DNA of 64,000 nucleotides, taken from Polyangiales bacterium. Lineage in GTDB: Bacteria; Myxococcota_A; Polyangia; Polyangiales; Houyiibacteriaceae. Shown here one piece after another: positions 40,640 to 49,301 of this stretch (the first letter of the stretch is position 1; each line of letters begins with the position of its first letter). The translations under genes and the position numbers were made by a program. The stretch lies in contig JBGCFM010000039.1 in assembly GCA_045106895.1 (NCBI GenBank), positions 32,001-96,000 of the forward strand, read 5' to 3'. The notes beneath the pieces were generated by a model. The model did not search any database. It was not told the DNA's origin and saw only the letters and a list, made by a program, of their open reading frames with translations.

Positions 40640-41626
40640 TCAGGACGTGAGGTCTGGCGCGTCACGGCGTGTTGGGTCCGCCGCGACAAGCTCCCGCAGT
40701 CGCGCCGTCGCGCGCATCCATGGCGCCAGGCCCAGCCCGCCGCCGAGAATACCAAGGGCACCGAACGCCAGGAGGAGACGACTCGAAAGCGCGCCGCTGC
40801 GCGAGAACGCACCGACGGCGGCGACGACGCCGAGGAGACACCAGAGGCGCGCCACCATCAGGCGTCTCTCAAGCTCAGAGCGATAGTCTTCCCAGGACAT
40901 GAGCGGACCCAAGAGCGCCACGTGGGCCGGCGCACCTTCGCCCTCCGCCTTGGCTTTGTTCAGGGCGTCTTCGGCCCCGGGAAGCCAGTGTTTGAGATTC
41001 TGCGCCGAGGCGTCCTGGGCCATCGCCGGACGTGCGCCGAAGGCGTCGATATAACGGGTGGCCGCAGCGATGAGGGCGCCGTCGAGTTCTTCGTCCGTGA
41101 CGTCGCCATCTGCGCCGCCGTCTACGAGGGACTGGCGGACGCGGCGCTTGAAGACGTGCTCCCCCTCGTAGGCCTCAGCGACGTAGAAATGTGAAGGAAA
41201 CCGGCGCGCTTCGAAGAGCATCGCAAGAGGCGGGAAAAAGATCAGCGTGCCCATACGCAGCGGCGCAGCGGGATAGCCGTGCGTCAGCCGGTGAACGATG
41301 GCGCTGGGGACCCCTTGTTGAACCAGCGCCTCGGCCTGCTCTTCCACGACGCGAAGAAGCGGAAGGCCCGCTGAAGCGCATGCGCGGAGAAGATCACGCC
41401 AAGCGGCATCCACCTCATCGCGAGCGAGGGCGGCCCCCACCCCGGAACTCGCCATCGGCAACCCGCCCATTCGCCTCGGCGCGTCGCTCAACGATTTCGA
41501 GGCGGCGGCGACCTGTCTGGACGCCGCGACGTCGGCCGGGGGCGCCTTGGCGGGCGCCGGGTCTTGCGAAGGCGACGGGCCCGAATCACACGAGAACGTG
41601 GGGGCTTTGAGGAGTTTGTCGCTCAC
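40640..41626 (-). CDS. hypothetical membrane protein
   Basis: Coding-like GC3 and two C-terminal TMs; start uncertain. Confidence 0.55.
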   Translation of the reverse strand: MSDKLLKAPTFSCDSGPSPSQDPAPAKAPPADVAASRQVAAASKSLSDAPRRMGGLPMASSGVGAALARDEVDAAWRDLLRACASAGLPLLRVVEEQAEALVQQGVPSAIVHRLTHGYPAAPLRMGTLIFFPPLAMLFEARRFPSHFYVAEAYEGEHVFKRRVRQSLVDGGADGDVTDEELDGALIAAATRYIDAFGARPAMAQDASAQNLKHWLPGAEDALNKAKAEGEGAPAHVALLGPLMSWEDYRSELERRLMVARLWCLLGVVAAVGAFSRSGALSSRLLLAFGALGILGGGLGLAPWMRATARLRELVAADPTRRDAPDLTS

Positions 41627-41679
41627 GGCGGGAACCTAGCACACGCCTGTGTGACGGCCCGCCGCGCGCGATTCGGGGC

Positions 41680-42276
41680 CTAGCCCTTGATAAGCCGGTT
41701 CGCGAGAGCGTTCCAGCGTCGTGCGAGGTCCGCGTCGTTGGCGGCGCGGTCCGCCATGTAGCGATGGTGTTGCTGAACTTGCACAGGACCGTCGGGGTCC
41801 GGGAGTTCGAGCCACGTGCGCTGCGCACGCCGGCGATGGTGATTCGCCATGGCTCGACCTACGAGAATGCACGCGGGCGTGTCGACGGGCGCCATGAAGT
41901 CCTCGGGAAGCTCCACGTAACGCTCAAGAAGGCGAACGTCGGCGCCGACCAAAAAGGCGTAGCGACGGAGGTCGCCCATGGAGTGAAACGGCAGGACCTC
42001 GCCGCGGTCGAGGTCGACGTTGTGCCGACGGGCATCGATGACAACCTCCTGGCGTAGGAATGTGTCCGGCAGGTCGATGACGCACTCGCGCACCGGCTCT
42101 TCGATACGCATGCGCGTACGGCCGCGCATGCGACCGGCGGAGGCTGTCAGCTTTGAAATCGCACTTCGCCAACGCAGACGATCAGGGTTTCGCTTACGCA
42201 CGATGCGAACGGCTTCGGTGCTTTTACCGCGGCGCTGGTGTTGTTCCACGGCGTCGGTGACGCGGGATGTCGTCAT
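41680..42276 (-). CDS. hypothetical Arg-rich protein
   Basis: Strong RBS (TTGGAGG) before ATG 42276; strong codon bias. Confidence 0.8.
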   Translation of the reverse strand: MTTSRVTDAVEQHQRRGKSTEAVRIVRKRNPDRLRWRSAISKLTASAGRMRGRTRMRIEEPVRECVIDLPDTFLRQEVVIDARRHNVDLDRGEVLPFHSMGDLRRYAFLVGADVRLLERYVELPEDFMAPVDTPACILVGRAMANHHRRRAQRTWLELPDPDGPVQVQQHHRYMADRAANDADLARRWNALANRLIKG

Positions 42277-42434
42277 GAGTCCTCCAAATACACTGACGAT
42301 TGGAGTCACACGGGAGAGACCCTGGGGTCAAAAAAATGGGGAAGCGTGGCGCCGTAGGGCTCGGGTCGTAGTTATTACCATAGTGCGAGATGCGAACTTC
42401 AGAGCAGACTGCGGGGGAACTTTGAAAGGACCCT

Positions 42435-43361
42435 ATGAACTTCTCACGAATGGCGCTTGGCGCTGGTTTGATGACAACGGTGGGCGCACTAAGTGCACTC
42501 AGCATGGCGTGCGGCGGAGCGAGCGCGAGCGGCGGTTCGTCGTCGTCGAGTGGTGACGATGGCTACACTGGGAGCCTGACCGTACAGAACGGCACGGGCC
42601 AAGCCATCTGCACCTTGGAGGTGCTCCAGAGCGACGGTTACGCAGCCCACACCGACCAGGTAGAGGCCGGCGGCAGCGTGAGCATCGATGTGGATTCGCC
42701 GGCCAACTACGTCTTCGCCACCGCGTGCGATGGCAGCGGCTTCGCCTACGAAGGCTCCGTCTCATCGAGCGACAGCACCATCACCCTGGGCAGCGGAAGC
42801 GAACAGTCGTTTCAGGCGCGCCAGGACTACCTGTTTCAGCAGATTCGTATGAGCACCACGATGCCATCGAACTCCCGAGATTCTTCGTTGATCTCGCAGT
42901 TTCAGTCCGCCATCGAAGCGAAGGCGCGTGACTCGGGCTGGATCGACGAGCCGACGATTCTTCTCGTCGCCTCCGAGTGGGGCATCGTCCGAAACCGCCT
43001 CACCAGCATCCCGACGGGACGCCGCATCGCCGCGCTTGTCGGCCACCGCTTCAACGATGGTCACTGCTCGATCCAGGTTCACACCTTCGCGCAAACGCAT
43101 GACGGCAACGACTTCTCCGGACGCATCGGCTACGAGGGCAGCTCCGGAAACATCTACGCGGGATGCACGATGATCGACGCTCTTGAAGGCGGCGGCGGCG
43201 GAAGCTCCGCGTCCTCCGGCGGAAGCGCCGGCTCTTCCGGCGGCGGATGTTCGAACACATGCAGCAGCTCCGGCGACGGTGAGTGCGACGATGGCGGGCC
43301 GAACTCGCTCTACGCGGTGTGTGCCCTTGGTACCGACTGTGACGACTGCGGCGCCCGCTAA
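42435..43361 (+). CDS. lipoprotein with Gly/Ser linkers and C-terminal Cys module
   Basis: RBS AAGGA; lipobox SMAC; ends CSNTC..GDGECDDGGP..Y..C.LGTDC.DCG.R. Confidence 0.85.
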   Translation: MNFSRMALGAGLMTTVGALSALSMACGGASASGGSSSSSGDDGYTGSLTVQNGTGQAICTLEVLQSDGYAAHTDQVEAGGSVSIDVDSPANYVFATACDGSGFAYEGSVSSSDSTITLGSGSEQSFQARQDYLFQQIRMSTTMPSNSRDSSLISQFQSAIEAKARDSGWIDEPTILLVASEWGIVRNRLTSIPTGRRIAALVGHRFNDGHCSIQVHTFAQTHDGNDFSGRIGYEGSSGNIYAGCTMIDALEGGGGGSSASSGGSAGSSGGGCSNTCSSSGDGECDDGGPNSLYAVCALGTDCDDCGAR

Positions 43362-43413
43362 ACGGCCCTAGTGAGAATGAGCCTGGGTGTTCACGCCCTG
43401 GCTCTTTTCAATT

Positions 43414-44037
43414 CTAGAGCGAGACACCCCAGTCCTTGGCGTACTGAACAAGTTCCGCCACGGTCCCGACTTTAAGCTTGCGGCGAATGCGCTCACCATG
43501 GGTGTAGATCGTGCTCTGGGAGACGCCCAACTCGAAGGCCGCTTCCTTCGGCGTCATGCAACGAGCGAGCAAAACGAAGACGTCATGTTCGCGCTCCGTC
43601 AACGCAAGGTGAGGCGGTCCCCCAGTACACTTGAGCTGTTCTTGAAGCACGTCGGAAAAGACACGCTCCCCCGCATGCACCCGGCGAACGGTCTCGATGA
43701 GCAAGGGGGTTGGAGAAGACTTCGAAACGAATGCAGAAGCGCCGCCGCGAGCCAGGCTCGCGACCAGAGCATCTTCCTCGCGCAGGGTGAATAGAACGAC
43801 ACGGGTTCCAGTGGCGACAACCGCCTCCACGCTGGAAGGCCCCTCCACGCCAGGCATCTGCACATCCATCACGACAACGTCCGGGGAGTGCTCCGTGCAG
43901 TACGCGAGTGCCTCTTGCAGACTTGATACACCCGCGCAGAAAAACACGTCTTCCATGTGCGAAAGATGACGCCGAATACCGTCGATGACGATTGGATGGT
44001 CGTCGGCGACCAGGACCTGGATGGGCGATTCGCTCAC
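43414..44037 (-). CDS. NarL/LuxR-family response regulator
   Basis: VLVADDHP, PDVVVMDVQMPG, LTEREHDV..L..G.SQSTIYTH..KL. Confidence 0.93.
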   Translation of the reverse strand: MSESPIQVLVADDHPIVIDGIRRHLSHMEDVFFCAGVSSLQEALAYCTEHSPDVVVMDVQMPGVEGPSSVEAVVATGTRVVLFTLREEDALVASLARGGASAFVSKSSPTPLLIETVRRVHAGERVFSDVLQEQLKCTGGPPHLALTEREHDVFVLLARCMTPKEAAFELGVSQSTIYTHGERIRRKLKVGTVAELVQYAKDWGVSL

Positions 44038-44066
44038 GGGTAACCAAGCCTGACAAAGTGAACGCG

Positions 44067-45419
44067 TCAGGTCACGGTGTTTCTGGCGACTTGACCCTCA
44101 GGCAGGGGTAAGCGCACGCTTAGCCTAGTCCCAGCGGCTCCACTTTCGACGTCCACGTAGCCCCCGAGCGCTTCTGCGCGTTCGCGGACGCCGAGGAGAC
44201 CGAATCCGTGAGATTCCCGCGATGCGAGCCTATCTTCGTTGAACCCGTGGCCATCATCGCTCACCACCGCCACGACCTGACCCCCTTCCGCGGCGACATC
44301 GATCTCCACGACACGGGCGTCGGCGTGCTTGAGAACATTCGTGACACCTTCCTGGACCGTCCGACAGATCGCCTCGCGAATCGGCAGTGACACATCAAGT
44401 TCGTCGCACACCCGAGTCTGAATATCGACGCCGGCACGTTTTCGAATCGGGGCGAGAATAGCGTCGACGCTCTCGCTCAGGCTCGTCGAGTCCGCCTCTC
44501 GCAAGCCTCCAACAATTCGCCGCGTGGACGTCGATAGGGACTCGATGATCTCGTAGAGGAAGGCGAGCTCGTTCGAGTTCTTGTTCCCGTCGCCGCCGAG
44601 GACGAGCTCTAGATTTCCGAGCTCCATTCGCGCACCCACGATGAGCTGACCGATGTCGTCGTGAAGCGTTCGAGCAAGGTCGCTCCTCTCATCGACGCGG
44701 ACAGTTTCGATCTGAGCGCTGAGCTCAGCGACGGCGCCAGACTTCGCGACGACCTCCTCCGTGAGCACCTCATTATGCTGAGCTAGCGCTTCGCGTTGAG
44801 CTTCAATGCGCAGAGCGAATAGGAAGCGGTCTCGCGTGAGGTTGTAGATCCTGTGCCCGATCGCGATCGCAATGAAGAACGAGCAGAAGATGTACACCCC
44901 GGGAATGTGCACATAGGGATTGTTGAGATACTCGGGGTTTGGAGCAAAGTAGCCCACCAAGAATGAGACGATCAGAACAGCGGTGATTCCTACCCGCGCT
45001 CGGAGGTCGCAGGAGAGCGCCATCGGTAGCGCTGGGAGCGTGTAGATCCCGTAGAAGAAAGGGCCGTCGAGGCCGCCGAGTTCGCTCAAGAGTCGGCCAC
45101 CTGCGAGGGCCACGACGGTCTGAAATGGGGCGGTCACGAGGACTGGGTGCCGACGCGCGAAAGGCAAGTAGCGAACGAAGGCCCATGAAGCGAGGGACGC
45201 TCCGAACTGGACCGGCAGCCAAGTGCGCCCGACCACATGTGTCTCGGTCTTAACGATGTACTGCCCGACGACGTAGGCGAAGCCAAACACTGCAACGAAG
45301 AGCAAAGAACTTATCTCCACCCACTTGCGCGTCGATTCACGAGCGAAAACATCAAACTCTTTGATGTCTTCGGCCGTTACTTCCTCGTGGGCGATGCTAT
45401 CGCGCGCGGATTGTTGCAC
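44067..45419 (-). CDS. membrane sensor histidine kinase (HisKA_3 type)
   Basis: About 5-6 TMs; ER..LARTLHDDIGQ; QEGVTNVLKHA, DDGHGF, GFGLLGVRER..LGG. Confidence 0.93.
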   Translation of the reverse strand: MQQSARDSIAHEEVTAEDIKEFDVFARESTRKWVEISSLLFVAVFGFAYVVGQYIVKTETHVVGRTWLPVQFGASLASWAFVRYLPFARRHPVLVTAPFQTVVALAGGRLLSELGGLDGPFFYGIYTLPALPMALSCDLRARVGITAVLIVSFLVGYFAPNPEYLNNPYVHIPGVYIFCSFFIAIAIGHRIYNLTRDRFLFALRIEAQREALAQHNEVLTEEVVAKSGAVAELSAQIETVRVDERSDLARTLHDDIGQLIVGARMELGNLELVLGGDGNKNSNELAFLYEIIESLSTSTRRIVGGLREADSTSLSESVDAILAPIRKRAGVDIQTRVCDELDVSLPIREAICRTVQEGVTNVLKHADARVVEIDVAAEGGQVVAVVSDDGHGFNEDRLASRESHGFGLLGVRERAEALGGYVDVESGAAGTRLSVRLPLPEGQVARNTVT

Positions 45420-45449
45420 GTGCTCGTTGTCTCGATGCTTAGGCGAAAA

Positions 45450-47048
45450 CTAACGGACGCGGACGAGCGCGCCTTCGGGGAGCTCAACGCGTTCGACGTC
45501 ATCACTCAATGGCACCAACCACTGGATGATGCCGGGAATCGAAAGCTCCTGACGGTGGGCGATGACCTGACCGACAGAGTTTCCGTCAGCGTCGAATGCC
45601 TCAAGCGCGATGCCACCCTCTTCCACAGTGGCCGGTGCTTCGAGCTCCGGTCCGATTCGGTGCGGCGCCATGAAGGGCTCGATCGTAATACGAACATGAG
45701 GAACTGCGTGAAGGACGGCCCCGCCGTCTCCATGCGCCACCGCGCGCTCGTAGTAGCGCTGGTAGTTGTAGTCGCTCACCCACTTCGTTCGGCAGTACCC
45801 CATAAGGTCGGAGGTGCCCGGGTCCACAAAGCGGTTCGTCCGCTGGTCCAGGCCCCAGACCCCGATGAGCCCGCCGCCGTAAGGGAAAGCCGGGTCGGGA
45901 CCGTTGACGCTTCCGCATGGAGCATGCGGGAAACCAAAGTTGTGACCGACTTCGTGGATCGCGCTGAAGAGGTCGCTCTCCCGATCGAACCCAAGGGCGA
46001 TGGACGAGCGCGCGCTCGGCGTGTTGCGTGTGTTGACGCTGCCAAGACCCGCGATGCAACCGCTGCCGCAGTACGCGCCAGCGGACTCGGCGGGGGAAAC
46101 GAGGCCGAGGTAGTACACGTGGCCGCTCGGCGAGCGGTTTGCACGTGCCTGTTGCACCGCCTGGAGTGCTGCGCTCCATGAACCACCGCTCAGGCGCTGC
46201 ACGGGCGTCGAGAGGTCCACCGGAGCGATGACCTGAAGGATGACGTTCGCCGTTGGCAGGAGCGCGTCGAAGTGAGCCTGCATGAGGGCGAGGCCCGCCG
46301 GCGTCGTCACGGCGGGCAAACGTCCGCTGCCGTCCGCGTTGTAGCGTAGAGGCACCAAGTGGATCTCGATGGCAGGTGCGTCAACGGCGCCGAGACCCTG
46401 CGCACCATCTCCGGTGGGGAAGCGAGCGCCAGCACCGCCACCCCCCGCAGTGGTGTGCATACTCAAAACGTAGGAGGCGCTCGAGTCGACCCAGTCGCCG
46501 GGCACCTCGAACTGGAAGCCCTCCGCGGGAAGGTCTCCGATAGGACCCGTCACGTTGACGGTGTCGGTGAACACACGCTCATCGGCACCGCGCGTGAAGG
46601 TCAGGCGACCTTCCACGGAACCACTAAACCCGCCGTCGGGAGCGACCGTCGCGCGGAAAATGGCATCGCGCCCAGCGATCAACGGAGCGTTTGGCGTGGT
46701 GGACGATCCGTCCTGCACCATACGAATCTCGACGGTTTGAAACGCCGAGAGGTCCCGAACTGTCACCGGAGCAAGGGGCTCGTCTGGAAGTGGACCTCCG
46801 TCGAAGGTGTCTGGAGGGGGACCTCCATCGAACCCGGGTCCAGCATCAGGTCCTGGCCCGGCGTCGGGATCGGGGCCAGGCCCCGCGTCAGGACGTGGAC
46901 CACCGTCAAAGCCGGGGCCACCGTCAAACCCCGGCCCGCTGTCGATCAGCTCGATGCCTTCTTCGAGGCTGTACAAACGCCCGGGGGTGCACGCGCTGAG
47001 GAGCAGTGCACTGAGAGCGACGTAGTGGTGAAAGGCCAAGTGGCGCAT
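45450..47048 (-). CDS. metzincin-type zinc metalloprotease lipoprotein (M66-like)
   Basis: Lipobox LSAC; DGGP/DAGP repeat linker; HEVGHNFGFPH and Met-turn DLMGYC. Confidence 0.88.
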   Translation of the reverse strand: MRHLAFHHYVALSALLLSACTPGRLYSLEEGIELIDSGPGFDGGPGFDGGPRPDAGPGPDPDAGPGPDAGPGFDGGPPPDTFDGGPLPDEPLAPVTVRDLSAFQTVEIRMVQDGSSTTPNAPLIAGRDAIFRATVAPDGGFSGSVEGRLTFTRGADERVFTDTVNVTGPIGDLPAEGFQFEVPGDWVDSSASYVLSMHTTAGGGGAGARFPTGDGAQGLGAVDAPAIEIHLVPLRYNADGSGRLPAVTTPAGLALMQAHFDALLPTANVILQVIAPVDLSTPVQRLSGGSWSAALQAVQQARANRSPSGHVYYLGLVSPAESAGAYCGSGCIAGLGSVNTRNTPSARSSIALGFDRESDLFSAIHEVGHNFGFPHAPCGSVNGPDPAFPYGGGLIGVWGLDQRTNRFVDPGTSDLMGYCRTKWVSDYNYQRYYERAVAHGDGGAVLHAVPHVRITIEPFMAPHRIGPELEAPATVEEGGIALEAFDADGNSVGQVIAHRQELSIPGIIQWLVPLSDDVERVELPEGALVRVR

Positions 47049-47128
47049 AGGCTGAAGGGTAGCGCCAAACGGTGCTAAACCGGAGACCCAGAAGCGAAAA
47101 ACGTGGTGGACGGTGCCAGATTCCTGCT

Positions 47129-47159
47129 CTGGGCGGTTTTTTAGGCTGAAACCGCCCAG
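47129..47159. terminator. 11-bp inverted repeat downstream of the TPR gene (possible terminator)
   Basis: CTGGGCGGTTT-N9-AAACCGCCCAG. Confidence 0.5.
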
Positions 47160-47166
47160 GTGAACG

Positions 47167-48720
47167 CTAGGGGCTGAGAACGAAGGGGTACGTAACGTTG
47201 AGCGTTTCGTTGGTGAAGCGCGGGAAGCGAGCGCTCTGCACGACGCTCTCCATGCAGTATTTCTCGTCTTCGCTCATCTCGCCCTCGGACGAGATCTCGA
47301 GGACCTCGCCGGTGGCGCCGATGACGGTGATTCGGAAAGCGACGCGACCGGCAAACTGCGGCGCACATCCCTGGACGGCGCCCTGAAGAGGCTGCATCGT
47401 CGAGAGGATCGCGTCGCGCGAAGGCGTCTCGGGAAGCGGCGGAAGAGGTGCTTCACCGCCCAGGGCGCGCAGACCCATCCGTGCGTCCTGGTTGTTGTAG
47501 TCGATGCGCATCGCCTGTTGCAGAGCTGCGATGGCACGGTCGTTCTGACCGCTGGCGGCGAGCGCCCGTCCGAAGCCGACGAGGACGTTCGCGTTGGTGT
47601 CGTCGTTCGCCACGGATGCTTCGTAGGATGCGACGGCGCCAGCTCGATCACCCAAGGCGAGCTGTACGGCGCCGAGGGCTGCAAGGGTCGGGGCGTGGGC
47701 TGGGTCCTGCTGAACAGCCGCCTGGTACGCCGTGAGGGCGTTGGGCATACGGCCAGCGCGCGCGAAAGCTGCGCCCTGGTTTCGAAGAGCTTGGACGTCC
47801 GTCATCTGGACAACCTGCGGCGTTCGCTGGGGGCCGGTGCGCCGTGGAGGTGGCGTGACCTGTGGAGGAGGTGTGTTGGCGGCCTGAATCTGCGCGCCGC
47901 TGCTCTGAACGCCCCACTCGACGAAAGCGGTAGCCGCGCGTTCGCTCATGTCGAAGAGACGGGATGCCGTTGCGGGACCGCCGCGACGTGCGAGGCCGAC
48001 GGCGATGCACTGGGCCATTCCTTCCGTTGGGCCGATGTGCCAGGCGCGAATCTGCGCTTCTCGCTGGTTCGCGCCACCAGGGCACTCCGCGAGGAGCTGG
48101 AGGCGAATGCGACCGTCGGCGTTGTTGGCGAGTGAACGCGGGACGCCGAGCATTGCGGCGCGGAGCTTCCGGGCGATCTCTCGCGCGAGACGACCACGAA
48201 TCCGTGCGCTGCGAAGCGTCGCCTGAAGCTGGCGACCGTCGTCGGGCTCAAGGTATGGGAGCGCGACCGGCGTCAGCGTCGCGGCGGCGATGAGGCCGTC
48301 GCATTCGCCCATCGTGATTCCCCACTGATGTGCACAACGAACGGAAGCGTTGCGGCCGCCCGCGAAGAGAACCTGAAGCGTGGGAAGGTCCAGCCCTGCA
48401 CGCATACGGGCGAGGACCTGCCCGAGTCGCTGCTCGTACTCAGCACGCCCCTGTCCGGGTCCAGCGCTCGCGCCGAAGAGTGCGCGGTTCACTTTTTGGC
48501 GAAGGTCATCGTACGTCTCGCCTCCACGCTGTGCGTTCGCCGCCATGATCTCGTTCACGCCGCGAACGACACCACGTGCGGTGTCGCGGGACATCTGACC
48601 TTGCTCCACGAGCCTCTGAACAACGGCCGCGTCCTGCGCGCTCGCCGAGGTGGACAGAGCGGTCAGCGCAAAGGCAGAGAGAAGTGTAAGAAGTCGTTTG
48701 GTCGTATGCGTGGAACTCAT
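47167..48720 (-). CDS. secreted TPR protein with C-terminal AgmX/TonB-C-like domain
   Basis: Signal peptide (ASA/Q); 3-4 TPRs; C-terminal V.GC....G.V...I.V....G.V..C...V....FP.F......YPF. Confidence 0.8.
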   Translation of the reverse strand: MSSTHTTKRLLTLLSAFALTALSTSASAQDAAVVQRLVEQGQMSRDTARGVVRGVNEIMAANAQRGGETYDDLRQKVNRALFGASAGPGQGRAEYEQRLGQVLARMRAGLDLPTLQVLFAGGRNASVRCAHQWGITMGECDGLIAAATLTPVALPYLEPDDGRQLQATLRSARIRGRLAREIARKLRAAMLGVPRSLANNADGRIRLQLLAECPGGANQREAQIRAWHIGPTEGMAQCIAVGLARRGGPATASRLFDMSERAATAFVEWGVQSSGAQIQAANTPPPQVTPPPRRTGPQRTPQVVQMTDVQALRNQGAAFARAGRMPNALTAYQAAVQQDPAHAPTLAALGAVQLALGDRAGAVASYEASVANDDTNANVLVGFGRALAASGQNDRAIAALQQAMRIDYNNQDARMGLRALGGEAPLPPLPETPSRDAILSTMQPLQGAVQGCAPQFAGRVAFRITVIGATGEVLEISSEGEMSEDEKYCMESVVQSARFPRFTNETLNVTYPFVLSP

Positions 48721-48955
48721 GAAGGCCCCTTGTCAGAACAGGGTTCGAAGGCGCAGCGTCGCTGCTCACCCACATAGACGCAGGTCAGGCGCAGCTATTC
48801 TGTCCGCCGCTCTAGCACCAAGGGGCCAGCTGCGCCAAAAGTGGCCAAACAAGCAACGATCTCACCGCTGCGAAGCGTATTTCCCGCCCAAAACCGCGAA
48901 TGCGCGCGCGTCGTGGTTTAGAGGTACGATGGGGTGGGAACAGAAACGGGACGCC

Positions 48956-49291
48956 ATGAGTGACGAGATCGAAAACGTAAGGTCGACGGCGCGCGACCAT
49001 TTGGCGAACGAGCGAACGTTTCTCGCGTGGGTTCGGACGGCTCTCGGGATCATGGGTCTCGGAGTCATCCTTGAGAAGCTCGTCGCGACGGCGGGCACCA
49101 CGGCGACGATTGCGAGCATCACCTTGGTGGGATACGGCGCGATCGTTCTGGTCTACTCCCTCTATCGCTACGAACGGGTCGGCTCGCGGCTCCGCGCCGG
49201 TATGTTCCCGGTGGCCCGGCGAGGTCCGTTCTTGCTCGGGCTATTGGGGCTCATCGTGATGGTCGGCGCCATCGCCCTTGTGCTTCTTTAA
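48956..49291 (+). CDS. DUF202/YidH family membrane protein
   Basis: ARDHLANERTFLAWVRT; three TMs. Confidence 0.9.
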   Translation: MSDEIENVRSTARDHLANERTFLAWVRTALGIMGLGVILEKLVATAGTTATIASITLVGYGAIVLVYSLYRYERVGSRLRAGMFPVARRGPFLLGLLGLIVMVGAIALVLL

Positions 49292-49301
49292 GCGACGAAC
49301 T

